A stretch of 55,066 bases of DNA from a virus (IMGVR_UViG_3300046170_000069:1-55066), one strand, 5' to 3'. Counted from the stretch's first letter, positions 24,901 through 34,724 are shown. Notes: a model not told the origin generated them from the letters alone. Numbers and translations are program-made.

Positions 24901-27059
24901 TCGTTGTCATCATTATCCCAGCCTGAGCCTTCTCCGAAATATCTGTTTTCTCCTAGCTCTTGATTGTAAGCCTTGTCTTTAAAGAACCCAATCTCTACAT
25001 CTGCTTTCTCTACAATGAAACACCCTAGAAGTGAACCTTCATCTCCAGCCATAGTCTCTTTACCACACATCGTTATTAGCTTAGCTAATGGATCAGACAT
25101 GTTAAACTCTTGAAAGTTTTGTAGATTTAAATCGTAAGAGTATGTGTTGTTTATTTCATTTGTCAACACAGTGAAGGCTGTCTCTGGTGTACCTGCATCT
25201 AAGTCGTCACCAGTAATCAAATGAGCTATATAGTCTGTAATCTGATATCTCTGAAGTGGCTGGTTTGCTCGTATCTTAATTGATATAGTAACCTCTTCTC
25301 CCTTGAGTATCAGTGGGTTAGCAGCGCTTGTTCCGTAGATAGTGTCAGGGAATGACTGGCCTTGGACGGGCTTCCATTTAGCGTCTCCTACTCCATCATT
25401 GTCACAAACAGCAGGAAGAAATCCAGTGTTGTTACTAAACGTAGGAGCATCACTTGGGTTAGACCACCATCTGTTCTTATTGAAGTTTAATAATGGAACT
25501 TGAATTTCAAAATCCTCTAACTCACTATCTGCTGGACCAAAGAAGTCACCTAGTTGTTGGTGCTGGTGGTAAGAGTTCGATGAATCATACACATGCCAGT
25601 TTTGATCTGGAGTAATAGAGAATGACAAGTTAACTACATCGCCTGTAGAAATACCAACAGACGGTATGTCTGACGGATCTAAAACAAAAGCAGCGTTCTT
25701 GTTAAGTGTAGGATCTACTGGAGTTCCTTCACTAGGGTAACCATCAGATTCAAAGTCGCTAATCGTTTCATCACTCACGCAGGTTGCAGGAAGTATCTTG
25801 ATTTCATAGTTTGTGAAGTCTAGAGTTCTTTCCTGAGCAACAGGAGTAATGACAGCATCAGTAACAACCTCATCGAATCCTTCTACGTAGTTACCGTATA
25901 GCAGTCTGTTGTTGATAATAGACTGAGCCTCAGCACGTTTAGGAAGATTATCGAATTGTTTTGTCTGGTTGTCTGTTGATACAATCTTGTTTACCGTATC
26001 ATTTCTAAAATCAAACGTAAGCTCTGTAGCTATACCTAATCCCGACGGATTGCCTGCAAGGATATCTTGTGTCCCTTCTACAACGCCCAATAATGTAAGA
26101 GCTGCTGGATCTGTGCTGAGTTCTGTAATTTCAAAGAACTGACCGTCGTTACCTCTTCGAGCTAGTATCTTTACTTTTTCTACCTCAAACGACATATCTT
26201 CGATAGGTATCGTAAGCCTACATACGTTGTGCTGGTTTAGTTGAAGAGGCTGTTCGCTTGCTCCGTGTGTAATATATGTTGGTGGTACTGCTATATCAGA
26301 TATAGTAGACATAGCACTAACGTTTCTATCTCTGTAAACTAACTGATAGGCAAACTGAAAACCATTGATGTTTCTGAACTCACTGTATGGAAGTGATTCA
26401 TCAGCAACGAACTCAAACGCAATAGGGAATGCAGGCGCCTTAGGACACGCTGTAATGAAGTCTTTTAACGATTTGGTACCTAGCCCATACTGGTTTACTG
26501 TTTGGTCGTAATACGCTCTTAAAACGTTTAGTTTCCTAGGCTCATTCCTATTGTCCGTAAAGAACAACATAGGAGCGTCTTCGTATGTCTTATTTGTTGT
26601 CGGAACAAAAGGATCATTAGGGTCAGAGAACGTATACGTGCGCTTAGTTTGCACATACGTTAAGTCACCCTTAACAAATCCTTCTGGATCAAAGTTAAAC
26701 TCCTGAGTAGTGTATAGCTTTATAACCTCATCAAGAGGGTGACCTACAAAGTATCCGTTAGGGTCGTAAGCATAGACACCCATTGCGTTATCTGCAGTAC
26801 AATGCACAAACAGATATAGCACTTCGTTCTTTTCATCTGCGACCTTACCAATAACTGTTGAGCTACCAGCTCCTTCAAACGCAATACCTGATATATCTAC
26901 GTTACTCTTAATAGGTTTGAGAACGCCTTCGTTTCCATTATCGCCATCACGGTTATCATGGCTTATAGAAACATTAAGGGCATCAGACATTTCGTCTTTG
27001 CCCCTAACCTTTGAGTCCGAATTTGAACTTAGTCTTCTAGGGAGTATCTTATCAATCAT
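21900..27059 (-). CDS. Tail stabilisation (nozzle/muzzle-like) protein with C-terminal dockerin-like domain
   Basis: LFFTDNRNEPRKLN, NRLLYGNYVEG, FGVVYYDQRGR, GCDNNPES and GGYDP motifs typical of crAss-like stabilisation proteins; two DxNxDG/DxDGD repeats at the end. Confidence 0.75.
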   Translation of the reverse strand: MIDKILPRRLSSNSDSKVRGKDEMSDALNVSISHDNRDGDNGNEGVLKPIKSNVDISGIAFEGAGSSTVIGKVADEKNEVLYLFVHCTADNAMGVYAYDPNGYFVGHPLDEVIKLYTTQEFNFDPEGFVKGDLTYVQTKRTYTFSDPNDPFVPTTNKTYEDAPMLFFTDNRNEPRKLNVLRAYYDQTVNQYGLGTKSLKDFITACPKAPAFPIAFEFVADESLPYSEFRNINGFQFAYQLVYRDRNVSAMSTISDIAVPPTYITHGASEQPLQLNQHNVCRLTIPIEDMSFEVEKVKILARRGNDGQFFEITELSTDPAALTLLGVVEGTQDILAGNPSGLGIATELTFDFRNDTVNKIVSTDNQTKQFDNLPKRAEAQSIINNRLLYGNYVEGFDEVVTDAVITPVAQERTLDFTNYEIKILPATCVSDETISDFESDGYPSEGTPVDPTLNKNAAFVLDPSDIPSVGISTGDVVNLSFSITPDQNWHVYDSSNSYHQHQQLGDFFGPADSELEDFEIQVPLLNFNKNRWWSNPSDAPTFSNNTGFLPAVCDNDGVGDAKWKPVQGQSFPDTIYGTSAANPLILKGEEVTISIKIRANQPLQRYQITDYIAHLITGDDLDAGTPETAFTVLTNEINNTYSYDLNLQNFQEFNMSDPLAKLITMCGKETMAGDEGSLLGCFIVEKADVEIGFFKDKAYNQELGENRYFGEGSGWDNDDNEAYKRRIGIYIKSVDNVTATTCLRAAVTNSPWKVMKLPLQTSLNVIPIGPFEPIVTVLSSFDKTEPFQSGEVFQFFQGQLEHQGLFFSGENADGKSRFSLMDGKGGPAGGPRKEDGSGDYDTLPVLVNENTQLFGATNFGSAKMNGNLLGANISGTIINNDASETMPLLRDNAFQLGPYQTADIFGYASLALNHSSSGANNVTFFMELLNDEGFRSFKSGASHAFGVVYYDQRGRASNVFPLGTALAPPYYARSNNQYGKINMEVQMNHQAPDFAESFQIVYSGNTSISDFVQYTTAGAFIATEDAAEDNGNIYVSLNHLQGNQNISYTDAGGNRSPEGERDMYTFKEGDILRVISYYTGEDTQSGRVFLNEGYDFEIIDYRELGGTSDNPLYDENNEQDTDSIPHKAKQGSFIVLKNNKNADGFNFEDVLLGTGDVNAQSHNWNKRTVVEIFSPKNVAEEDELFFYETSNVFPIDQHNELITLTDGDVWWRKVPVNMPKFDGVFTSLIGSDESESNFKSYSLETQAFNDNVRRADVTGKGKVKVIVPDSQEVRRTASITFSDKNNSASSVFVLTSFNPVKGHFKDLAVEHGSINYIVDQQDSAFVIQSNKVSSVPVSRNIITTASDDQSLVAASNVLGTIKYYAGDAGCDNNPESVCAIDNNVYFANKSSREVYRFNPSNGVQVISEAGMKSFFRKLFRQVENTGKKVKVVGGYDPDKDEYLLSVYNVGEVIDFNEGESEIPVDDSGIPLQYWGAIGEPLFGAPVEITGLVRSEATSTSSVSIPFSNVSDELVYVKVEPFNDHDLDPLAEWPTQFGNGWKRNPWFESITPAIDEMVPVEPNSTVFFDVVGIANDAPVNAPTAEFQGGVPFLFMLGNEREALPPTSGGPQDRAYSTEARARVFNAEGFEIPNSYFFDTVAINAEIFPETAGPQGLPTDNSQPLAGDINNDGAVGTQDLLTLLQEFGDVGNNSVADIDGDDSVGISDVLEFLSQFGTNSEE

Positions 27060-27925
27060 TAATACTTAGGTGCTAGTTTGTAGTTCTTACGAATAGTTCT
27101 AAGAGCTTCATCCTTAGTGAAGTTGCTCAGTCTTGCCTTAGCTTTTCTTCTCTCGTTGTAGTATTCGGCTCTTGCTCTCGCTTTCTCATTAGCAGGCACA
27201 GTAGACTTTCTTTCACAAATCTTGTAGTATATGTAGCAGCGTAACGCTTCTTCAGCGTATACGTGGATAACAGGATTAGTAGACCTTGCTTCATCAGCAA
27301 CGTACTCAATAACAACCTGTGAAGTAGTATTATTAGTATCTATTTCAATTCTGTTCTGATCTAAATTTAGTCTGTAATCACCTACCCTTGCTCCACCTCC
27401 AATACCGTATAGCCTACCTAAACCACCTTGAAATAAATAGTTCTCAAAAATATAGTAGTCGTAGTTTTCGTTACCACCATCTGTAGTTGTAGTCTTATCG
27501 TCTTGTCTATCTTTAACTGAGTTAGACTCAATGTTTAACGGCCCTTCTTCACTATCGAATGTTTCATTCGTAGCAGTTCCGTTCGAGTCTACTTCGTACT
27601 TCCTACTCTGGTTAAGATGTTTGTTCTGTCCTAACGTCTTTACATAACCATCACCAGTTATAATACCAACTTTAATTATATCAACAAAGTCGTCAGGCAA
27701 AGCAACAGTATTATTAGTTGTGTCTATATCTAGTTTAATAGACTTGACTCTGCTAGTAACATCAAATCCAAACTCTCTGATACCTCTTAGTGCGAAGTTT
27801 CTTAGAGCAACGTCAGATGCATTAGCAGCATAGTCATCACTATCTATAGTAATCTTGTAATCTCCTAAAAGCTGTTCTAGGGTTACAAAGTTCATTGAGT
27901 CTGATGATACGTCTTGATATGCCAT
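27059..27925 (-). CDS. Tail ring/tubular (adaptor) protein
   Basis: LPDDFVDIIKVG, VVIEYVAD and AEEALRCYI; located between capsid and stabilisation genes. Confidence 0.65.
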   Translation of the reverse strand: MAYQDVSSDSMNFVTLEQLLGDYKITIDSDDYAANASDVALRNFALRGIREFGFDVTSRVKSIKLDIDTTNNTVALPDDFVDIIKVGIITGDGYVKTLGQNKHLNQSRKYEVDSNGTATNETFDSEEGPLNIESNSVKDRQDDKTTTTDGGNENYDYYIFENYLFQGGLGRLYGIGGGARVGDYRLNLDQNRIEIDTNNTTSQVVIEYVADEARSTNPVIHVYAEEALRCYIYYKICERKSTVPANEKARARAEYYNERRKAKARLSNFTKDEALRTIRKNYKLAPKY

Positions 27926-28692
27926 TACTGATTCGCTGTTTGAGTAGTGCCGTAACTAGAAAGGAATTGATCTCTCAGTCTGATTCCAATTAAGCTTGCT
28001 ATCTCTGATATTATTTCGTTCTTGTAGTGTTCAGGTAATTCGAAGTCTCTACACTCTAAAACGTTAGGTACAAAAAATCCGTCTGACTGCGTCTCATTTA
28101 TCTGTGCGATTCTAGGTCCAGAGTTTCTGTCTACATCACCTCTTATAAACTCACCTACGTTAGCAACAAACAAGCCTGCTGGCTGTCTGTAGTAGTTTAC
28201 AACTACGCTATCTATATCAGTAGGGAATACCTCTATTGACTTAGATACAAGCGCTACAGGGTAGCTAGTTGTTGGTGCAGAAAGATTGCTGCTAAGGATG
28301 TGTGTAATCTTATCAGAATCAAACAGTAGCTCTACTGGAGTTCTGTCTGAATTGTTCACGACAACAGATATAATTCTAGCTGTGTGATCTGGTCTTTTAA
28401 ATACATTAGAGTCTGCGAATGTACCACTAACTGCAGTAGCCTGCACAGCATCTTGCTCTACAAAGTTTGCAAGATCATCCTTTACTCCTCTGTAAGCAGA
28501 GTCCTTTCCAGCAGAATCAATGTTCCTTAGTCTTAACTGTTTCGTAGACGCAAGCTCTTTGAACATCTCCGAAAAGACATTCTGTTGGGCTACTTCTGCA
28601 AAAGAGTTAAACACCTTAGGTGTAACAAAACCCCTCTGGTCTTTGTTGCAGAGATCTCGAACAGTGTTGTATACTTCTATTACGCTGATCAT
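27925..28692 (-). CDS. Tail ring/tubular (adaptor) protein
   Basis: VYNTV...NKDQRGFVTP..FN, YYRQP and DFELPE motifs. Confidence 0.65.
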   Translation of the reverse strand: MISVIEVYNTVRDLCNKDQRGFVTPKVFNSFAEVAQQNVFSEMFKELASTKQLRLRNIDSAGKDSAYRGVKDDLANFVEQDAVQATAVSGTFADSNVFKRPDHTARIISVVVNNSDRTPVELLFDSDKITHILSSNLSAPTTSYPVALVSKSIEVFPTDIDSVVVNYYRQPAGLFVANVGEFIRGDVDRNSGPRIAQINETQSDGFFVPNVLECRDFELPEHYKNEIISEIASLIGIRLRDQFLSSYGTTQTANQ

Positions 28693-28696
28693 GTCA

Positions 28697-28704
28697 CAAA
28701 TATA
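28697..28704 (-). promoter_or_regulatory. Bacteroidota -7 element TATATTTG
   Basis: 4 nt upstream of the ATG at 28692, just after a terminator. Confidence 0.65.
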
Positions 28705-28710
28705 CGAAAA

Positions 28711-28740
28711 GAAAAAAGGCCCCTTTCGGAGCCTTTCTTT
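28711..28740 (-). terminator. Intrinsic terminator
   Basis: On the minus strand AAAGGCTCC-GAAA-GGGGCCTTT followed by a T tract. Confidence 0.7.
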
Positions 28741-29588
28741 TAAGATAGTTTCTCTACTCGTTCTTCGAGTAAGGATAGTGTGGATGCTCCTTTTTCTGTT
28801 AGACAGAATCGAACCATTGTGTCTAGCGAGTCCTGACCAGCTGGTACTGATATGATCAGTTTGTTACTGTCAGTCCAATACACTCCGTCAGAACGAAGGC
28901 TAATGATCTGATAATCAGCAGCTTGCTGAACAATAGATCTACAGGTAACTTGCGGAGAATCAAAGCTTTGTAGGAATTCTTGTGCTTTTGATTTTGCAAT
29001 ACGTAGAAGATTCCATCTAATCTCAGATACTGGAGCGTTAATGTTTATGCCAAAGTACATAGCAATAGGAAGCAGATCGTTAATCTCTCTGTCTCTTACA
29101 ATAGAAACAGCATCAGAAACTAAGAACTCACGCTCTAATTCAAGAGCTGCGTCTTTACGCTTGTCAATAACTTTAAACGTACTTCCACCATTAGCTTTGT
29201 TAGCTGGGTGAAGCTCCATAAACTTTCTTAGGTTTGGCTTTTCTTTAGGTACAAATAGTCTACCATCTCTAAAAGCAACTGACTGTTTTACAGCATTAGT
29301 AGACTGTTCGTCTACAAATATAGAAGGTTCATTAGGACAGTATCTAATCTCTCTAACTGTGTCGTGTTCTGAGTCATACACCGTCACTCCTTTTTGAGGT
29401 AACATAAATACAATACCACCACCCTTGATGATTTCATACTCTGTATGATACACTTCTTTTTCTACGTGCTTAATTAGCCTCTTCTTAGTTTTCTTAGGCG
29501 CTTCAACCGTTTCCTGAGCTGCTACAGGCTCTGAAGCCTTCGTAGCTGTAGGGCGCTTAGGAGCCCTTCTTGTTTTTGTTTCTTCCAT
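28740..29588 (-). CDS. Conserved phage protein downstream of the capsid gene
   Basis: 282 aa; REIRYCPNEPSIFVDEQ motif; position in the late operon. Confidence 0.7.
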   Translation of the reverse strand: MEETKTRRAPKRPTATKASEPVAAQETVEAPKKTKKRLIKHVEKEVYHTEYEIIKGGGIVFMLPQKGVTVYDSEHDTVREIRYCPNEPSIFVDEQSTNAVKQSVAFRDGRLFVPKEKPNLRKFMELHPANKANGGSTFKVIDKRKDAALELEREFLVSDAVSIVRDREINDLLPIAMYFGININAPVSEIRWNLLRIAKSKAQEFLQSFDSPQVTCRSIVQQAADYQIISLRSDGVYWTDSNKLIISVPAGQDSLDTMVRFCLTEKGASTLSLLEERVEKLS

Positions 29589-29599
29589 GTTAAAATGAA

Positions 29600-30880
29600 T
29601 TAAAAATTATATAAATTAAATAAATCCTGTGCTAGCTGTGAAGCTGCAGCAGATCCAATATCTTTTTTGATTACACCAAATCTAGCTAAAGATCCTTTAT
29701 ATGGTGCGTCAGTAACAACAGGCGAGCTGTTAGCCGTACCTATTCTTTCTATTAGTAGAGCACCGTCCGTCATATTATCTTCAGAAAGATTATAGTCTGT
29801 GTCTTTTTGAGTCTTCGCTGGTATTTGCGCTATAATCTCTCCATCAGTGTGATGTAAAAATATGTTTGACTTCTCGTCTCTTCTTATAACCACAACCTCA
29901 CACGACTCTTCGTTAGCGCTTATCCCAGCTTCTGTAGCTACAGGAAACGGCCTTGTTGTATTCGCAGAGGCTACAGCTCCAGTTCTACCACTATGCCTTA
30001 AGGTAATCTTATCCTCTGCTGGTCCGCTTTTAGAAACGCCTCCATCAGACGGAAGAAGAACAGGATTAAAACACAGCCCAACAGTCTCTCCTGCATCGTC
30101 ACCATAAAGTAATGCTGTAATTTTTCCTTTAGTTAATGCAGGGTTGAAAACAGCATAGAGTGTGTACGCTCCTTCTGCAGAGAAGCCGTTAGGAACATCC
30201 AATGATCTACCTCCTGCAAATAAATTTATTGATCTAGTTCTAAACCCAGCAGAGCTAGAAGAATCCTGAACAACAATAGGGTCTGAACTTGAGGCCGTAT
30301 GGGTAGACCCCAGTGTACCAAAGTTTCTCCAGCTTGTAACATTAGCTCCAATAGCATAGTCTGCTAAGCCTTCATGATTGAAGTCTAGTTCTGGCAGGTT
30401 ATCTAAACCAAAGAATATTTCACCGATTGTTCCTTGATATTCTGTTGCTGCATCACCTGTACTAAGCTCACCACTGATTATAGATACTGGTTTAGATCTA
30501 ACAACAGCAGATATATCTTCTGGAGAATCAACAACAGCTTTATTAAATGTAGACTCTCCTTTCGTTACGTCGAATCTCATTACGTTACCGCCTGATGCAG
30601 CTCCAATAAATGATAGTATGTTCTCTATTAGTGCAACCTCTTCACCAATATTACAAGACACCGTTACGTTTGTCTTCTCGACAGCCTCCCCTTCGAATAA
30701 GCTTTGCTCTTCGTATAGAGATGTATCAGTAAACGTTATATTGATAGAGCCTTCCGCTGCAGTGATGTAAGATAAGTTATCTACTGGTACAGCAAATGTA
30801 CTTAAATCAACACCTGTGTCTGATGATCTTCCGCTGCTTGGATTAGCAGCTTCTCTTACGAATAGAAAAAACTTCTTCAT
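29600..30880 (-). CDS. Putative virion surface protein (N-domain paralogous to the upstream gene; beta-rich lectin-like C-domain)
   Basis: 426 aa; N-terminal MKKFFLF... aligns by eye with the 103-aa neighbour; C-terminal beta-sandwich-like pattern. Confidence 0.55.
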   Translation of the reverse strand: MKKFFLFVREAANPSSGRSSDTGVDLSTFAVPVDNLSYITAAEGSINITFTDTSLYEEQSLFEGEAVEKTNVTVSCNIGEEVALIENILSFIGAASGGNVMRFDVTKGESTFNKAVVDSPEDISAVVRSKPVSIISGELSTGDAATEYQGTIGEIFFGLDNLPELDFNHEGLADYAIGANVTSWRNFGTLGSTHTASSSDPIVVQDSSSSAGFRTRSINLFAGGRSLDVPNGFSAEGAYTLYAVFNPALTKGKITALLYGDDAGETVGLCFNPVLLPSDGGVSKSGPAEDKITLRHSGRTGAVASANTTRPFPVATEAGISANEESCEVVVIRRDEKSNIFLHHTDGEIIAQIPAKTQKDTDYNLSEDNMTDGALLIERIGTANSSPVVTDAPYKGSLARFGVIKKDIGSAAASQLAQDLFNLYNF

Positions 30881-31191
30881 TAAACGTCAGTGTTTATAAC
30901 ACAAGATAAAATATCTGGGTGAGAGAATGTGCTGTTTACATCGTCACAAACCACAATGACAGAATCCTTACCTAAGGATATTTCTTTTGCTAAGGCTGTC
31001 ATTACTGCTTGCTCAGTGTCTGCAGTTATAGTCAAGGTAACTAAATCTGTTAGGTGAGCAGTACCTTTTGTACTAGGATGAAATCTAAGCTTGAGTGTAG
31101 CGTTTGCATCGCATACCATCGACTGCAGGTATTCTGCAGGGAATGTGGCTGAGTCGTCAGCCGCATCAATAAACTGTAGGTACTTCTTCAT
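30880..31191 (-). CDS. Small structural protein (103 aa)
   Basis: ORF track 30880-31257; the start is likely MKKYLQF because the upstream part is a terminator and promoter. Confidence 0.7.
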   Translation of the reverse strand: MKKYLQFIDAADDSATFPAEYLQSMVCDANATLKLRFHPSTKGTAHLTDLVTLTITADTEQAVMTALAKEISLGKDSVIVVCDDVNSTFSHPDILSCVINTDV

Positions 31192-31207
31192 TCTAGTTAA
31201 ATAATGG

Positions 31208-31215
31208 CAAATATA
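31208..31215 (-). promoter_or_regulatory. Bacteroidota -7 element TATATTTG
   Basis: Follows the terminator and precedes the ATG at 31191. Confidence 0.6.
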
Positions 31216-31224
31216 CGAAAGAAT

Positions 31225-31247
31225 AAAAAAGGGGCCTAAGCCCCTTT
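31225..31247 (-). terminator. Intrinsic terminator
   Basis: Minus strand AAAGGGGC-TTAG-GCCCCTTTTTT, the same sequence as the terminator at 12885. Confidence 0.8.
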
Positions 31248-31267
31248 CTTTTAGCATTGATTATTTA

Positions 31268-31750
31268 TTAATCAAGCATTAGGTAGTATAAAGAAACTTC
31301 ATATCTGCTATTACCATCAAGAGTAATAGCGTGGTCAGTTGTCTTAACGTTAACATATAAAGTTCTGTCAGTAGCAGTGTATCCAGCTGCAGCAGCAGGT
31401 GCTGCTTCATCTCCAGTACTAAAACTCGTGAAAGTAAGACCAGTACCGCCCTTCAAGTCTAAGAAGAAGTTTGCAGGTACGTCAGTAGCTCCACTGGCAG
31501 CGTCAATAATAGAATCGACAGCATCTGCGATAATCTGGTTACCAGAAGATGATGTTCCAACTTCGATACCAATTGAGCCTCCAGAAGCAATAGTTACTTT
31601 GTCGATAGTTCTAAAGTGAGCCCCAACAACAATGCTGTTCGCAGGTTGATCAAGTTCACTAATAACTTCAGCGTTTTGAACGTATCCACTGTCGACCAAT
31701 ACTCTAGCTCTTTGTATGTTTCCTCCTTGTAAGTGTTTGTATTCAGCCAT
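31268..31750 (-). CDS. Putative capsid decoration/auxiliary protein
   Basis: 160 aa, beta-rich, immediately after the capsid gene. Confidence 0.55.
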   Translation of the reverse strand: MAEYKHLQGGNIQRARVLVDSGYVQNAEVISELDQPANSIVVGAHFRTIDKVTIASGGSIGIEVGTSSSGNQIIADAVDSIIDAASGATDVPANFFLDLKGGTGLTFTSFSTGDEAAPAAAAGYTATDRTLYVNVKTTDHAITLDGNSRYEVSLYYLMLD

Positions 31751-31774
31751 AATTATGTAATATTATGAAGCTAA

Positions 31775-31800
31775 GAACGAGAGCCCGAAGGCTCTCATTC
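31775..31800 (-). terminator. Hairpin/terminator after the capsid gene
   Basis: GAATGAGAGCC-TTCG-GGCTCTCGTTC with a UUCG tetraloop; weak U-tract. Confidence 0.65.
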
Positions 31801-31815
31801 ATAGTCTCAGATTAA

Positions 31816-33234
31816 TTATCCCTTGATGATAACGTGCTGGTTAGCAGCACGAGTTACAAGACAGCATTCAGAACGGTAGTGGAAAGTCGCTACGTCACGA
31901 CCAGCATCACCGTTGTTGTTGTGTCCAAGAACTCCACCACCAGTTACCCAGTGCTCCATCTCACGAGAGTATCCGTTAGCCTCTTTGTAGTACATAGCTA
32001 GAGCAGGAGACTTAACACCTGTACGAGCATCAGCTACTTGAGACATTGGAACCATAGCACCTTGTAAGAAGTTAGTAGCACCAAGAAGACTAGGATCGTT
32101 TAGAAGCTTCCAGTCATGCTTATGGAAAGTATATCCACCACGAGTGAATGACTTAAATCCAAGCTTCACAGCCATATCAGCGTCGTTGTTAAACGCACCG
32201 AACTGACCAGCTAAACCAGCAGTAGTTGCAGTAGCAACACCTGAAGCAAGCATATCATCAATAGCAAGATCCTGCTTTCTGTTTACGTACATAGCGTACT
32301 CAGAAGGAGCACCGTTCTTATCCAACTCAAGAATGATATCGTCAAACTCAGCAAATGAATCAAGAGGGTTAGCGTTAGCGTTAGACACTACGATACCTCT
32401 GCCTTCCACAGCTGAAATGTAACCTTCTGAACCAAGACCTGCGTCCTGTGCGTTAGCTAAACCTTGTCCAGCTCCGTCAGTCCAGTCGTTATCGTTTCCT
32501 GATTCAGAGAACAGCATCATCATTTCACGACGGTCTTCAAAGCGCTTACGTGCTTCTTGCTCACCGTACATGAACCATCTGTATTCACCGCCACCGATGT
32601 TTACCCATCCGATGTTAGTTGCTTGTGATCCATTTACTTGGAAACGATCCTTTACAATCATGAATGGATTCTGACGCTTAACCATATCAGCATCAGTGAA
32701 GTGATTTGGTTGCTCAGTTCCCTGACCGTAAAGATTACCAAGATGAATGAAAGCACCTGTATTAGCACCAGAGTAGTTGTCTGTAGCTGTAGCTCCGTCT
32801 AGTGAAGCAACTGTAGCAGTAGTAGAAGTTGTTGGATCAGCTGCCGAAGTAGCGATTACAACATATCTACGGCCATCAGTAGTATCCATAATAACGTCGT
32901 TAACACCGATAGCGTTAGATCCAGCATCGTAGTTAAGAGTCGCTTGATCGCCTGAAACTCCAGAAACACCTGAAGAGTTTACCGCAACTAAACGGTGACG
33001 ACGACCTACCTCGTGGTAACGTACTTCATCAGATGTACCTCCAGCTTGAATAGCTCCTGTCATTTTTAGGAATCCAGTGATGCCTTGCTCACCGTAAGTT
33101 TCTACTAATTCTGGGATTACGAAATCCTTGTTATGGTCTAGTAGAGTACCAATTGTTGTGTAAGTTTCTGGCGTTAATCGCAGGTCTGCTGGAGCTCCGT
33201 CCACACCACCTGCCGCCGCAGCAATAGTAGCCAT
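31816..33234 (-). CDS. Major capsid protein
   Basis: 472 aa; LGFKSFTRGGYTFHKHDWKLLND and HYRSECCL.TRAAN resemble Bacteroidota podovirus MCPs; preceded by an acidic scaffold-like gene and followed by a hairpin. Confidence 0.8.
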   Translation of the reverse strand: MATIAAAAGGVDGAPADLRLTPETYTTIGTLLDHNKDFVIPELVETYGEQGITGFLKMTGAIQAGGTSDEVRYHEVGRRHRLVAVNSSGVSGVSGDQATLNYDAGSNAIGVNDVIMDTTDGRRYVVIATSAADPTTSTTATVASLDGATATDNYSGANTGAFIHLGNLYGQGTEQPNHFTDADMVKRQNPFMIVKDRFQVNGSQATNIGWVNIGGGEYRWFMYGEQEARKRFEDRREMMMLFSESGNDNDWTDGAGQGLANAQDAGLGSEGYISAVEGRGIVVSNANANPLDSFAEFDDIILELDKNGAPSEYAMYVNRKQDLAIDDMLASGVATATTAGLAGQFGAFNNDADMAVKLGFKSFTRGGYTFHKHDWKLLNDPSLLGATNFLQGAMVPMSQVADARTGVKSPALAMYYKEANGYSREMEHWVTGGGVLGHNNNGDAGRDVATFHYRSECCLVTRAANQHVIIKG

Positions 33235-33248
33235 TATTTCTTAATGTT

Positions 33249-34358
33249 TTAGATTTTAAAAGTAAGTTTGTTTGAGTTATTACTCATTAGATTTTTCAAC
33301 TGAGAAGCCAAAGGATTTTCCGTTTGAGGAGTTTCCTGTGGCGCTCCAGAAGAGATGTTAGCTGCATTGTTCACGATACCTCTTTGACCATCACTCATGC
33401 CTTGTCTGTAAGCAGACGAAACAATTTTGTCGATGTTGTCAACCACAGTACGGTGAGAAGACAGCGTTTCATAATCCCAACTACCGTCTTGACGGATGTA
33501 GGGATCAAAGTAATTTTCTAACTGAGAGTTCTTCTCAATTAGTTGTGATCTGTAATCGTCATCAATACCGAAAGAAAAGTTGTTGCCATTACCGAGGTCG
33601 AATTCTAATCCCTCCATCTGGCCAACTTCAGCTTCCATGTCTGAAATCCAATTAGCATCAATCACACTCTCAGCTTGCGGTTGAGAACTAACTTCAGGAG
33701 CCATGTAGGACTGTCTCAGTCCTTCAATACTTTGTTTAGCTTTCTGAGCGTCAATCTTCATTTGAAGTTGAGAAAGCTTAATCTCTTCATCCGTGTGGAT
33801 GTCGGCATCAAGCTTGTATTTGCTTCCGATGAGTAAGTCTAGTTCGGATCTAGAAAGATCAGGGTATTGTCCAGCCATGTCTACACGAATAGCAGTCATA
33901 TCATCCATCTCGGATGTACTTAACTGCTGGTATGCAAACCAGTCTTGTGGAGTTCTACCAGTTTCTTCTACGAACTTAGCAATAGCTTCAACTCTCTCAT
34001 CAAGAGCATTTTGTTGAGGAGTAGACAAAGCGTCTAAAGAAGTAATGTCTCTACCAAGCCTCTCGCTTAAGTAACTAAAGACAGCTTCTTCTACGTCTGA
34101 ATCAGACCACTCAACTGTTTCTTCCTGAGTAGGAGCTACCTGCTCAGAAATATTTTCTTGAGGCTGTTCCTCTGATACTACTGACTCTGGTTGAGCTTCA
34201 ATAGTTGGTTCAGGAGTTACAGTCTCTTCAACAGCTTGAGGCTCCGTTGTTGGAGCCTCTTCTGTAGTTGTCGTTTCTGTTGCTGACCCCATAGAGCCAG
34301 CAAGATCTTGTGGGTTGTCGAATACTTCGAATCCACCGATTGTGTTTTTCTCTTCCAT
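33249..34358 (-). CDS. Putative capsid scaffolding/assembly protein
   Basis: Very acidic, E/P/T-rich N-terminus, directly upstream of the MCP. Confidence 0.65.
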   Translation of the reverse strand: MEEKNTIGGFEVFDNPQDLAGSMGSATETTTTEEAPTTEPQAVEETVTPEPTIEAQPESVVSEEQPQENISEQVAPTQEETVEWSDSDVEEAVFSYLSERLGRDITSLDALSTPQQNALDERVEAIAKFVEETGRTPQDWFAYQQLSTSEMDDMTAIRVDMAGQYPDLSRSELDLLIGSKYKLDADIHTDEEIKLSQLQMKIDAQKAKQSIEGLRQSYMAPEVSSQPQAESVIDANWISDMEAEVGQMEGLEFDLGNGNNFSFGIDDDYRSQLIEKNSQLENYFDPYIRQDGSWDYETLSSHRTVVDNIDKIVSSAYRQGMSDGQRGIVNNAANISSGAPQETPQTENPLASQLKNLMSNNSNKLTFKI

Positions 34359-34379
34359 TATATTTTAATTGTTTTTTTA

Positions 34380-34724
34380 TTATGCAGCTGGACCCCAGTA
34401 GGCAAGAATCTTACCACTAGCGATATCTATCGTATCCCACTCACCGTAAATAGTAAGTCCTTTAGGGAAGGTAGTACCAGTAGTAACGTAGTTACCTTTA
34501 CCGTCGTAGTCATTGTCAGTACCATCAGTACCGAAAGAACCTCCAGTAGTACTGTTATCGACAGCCTCCAACTGAGTGAAGGTTGTGTCTTCTAACATTG
34601 TTACCGCAATGAACACGAATCCAGTAGGACAAGTTAAGTCTTGACCAGTAGTGTCTAGATGCGCTGATCCGAACTGTCCGAACGTTGCTTTGTTCTGAGC
34701 TGCTGGGTTTGTTATCTTAGCCAT
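34380..34724 (-). CDS. Small structural protein
   Basis: FGQFGS...FPKGLTIYGEW..I.I.SG motif; beta-rich. Confidence 0.6.
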   Translation of the reverse strand: MAKITNPAAQNKATFGQFGSAHLDTTGQDLTCPTGFVFIAVTMLEDTTFTQLEAVDNSTTGGSFGTDGTDNDYDGKGNYVTTGTTFPKGLTIYGEWDTIDIASGKILAYWGPAA

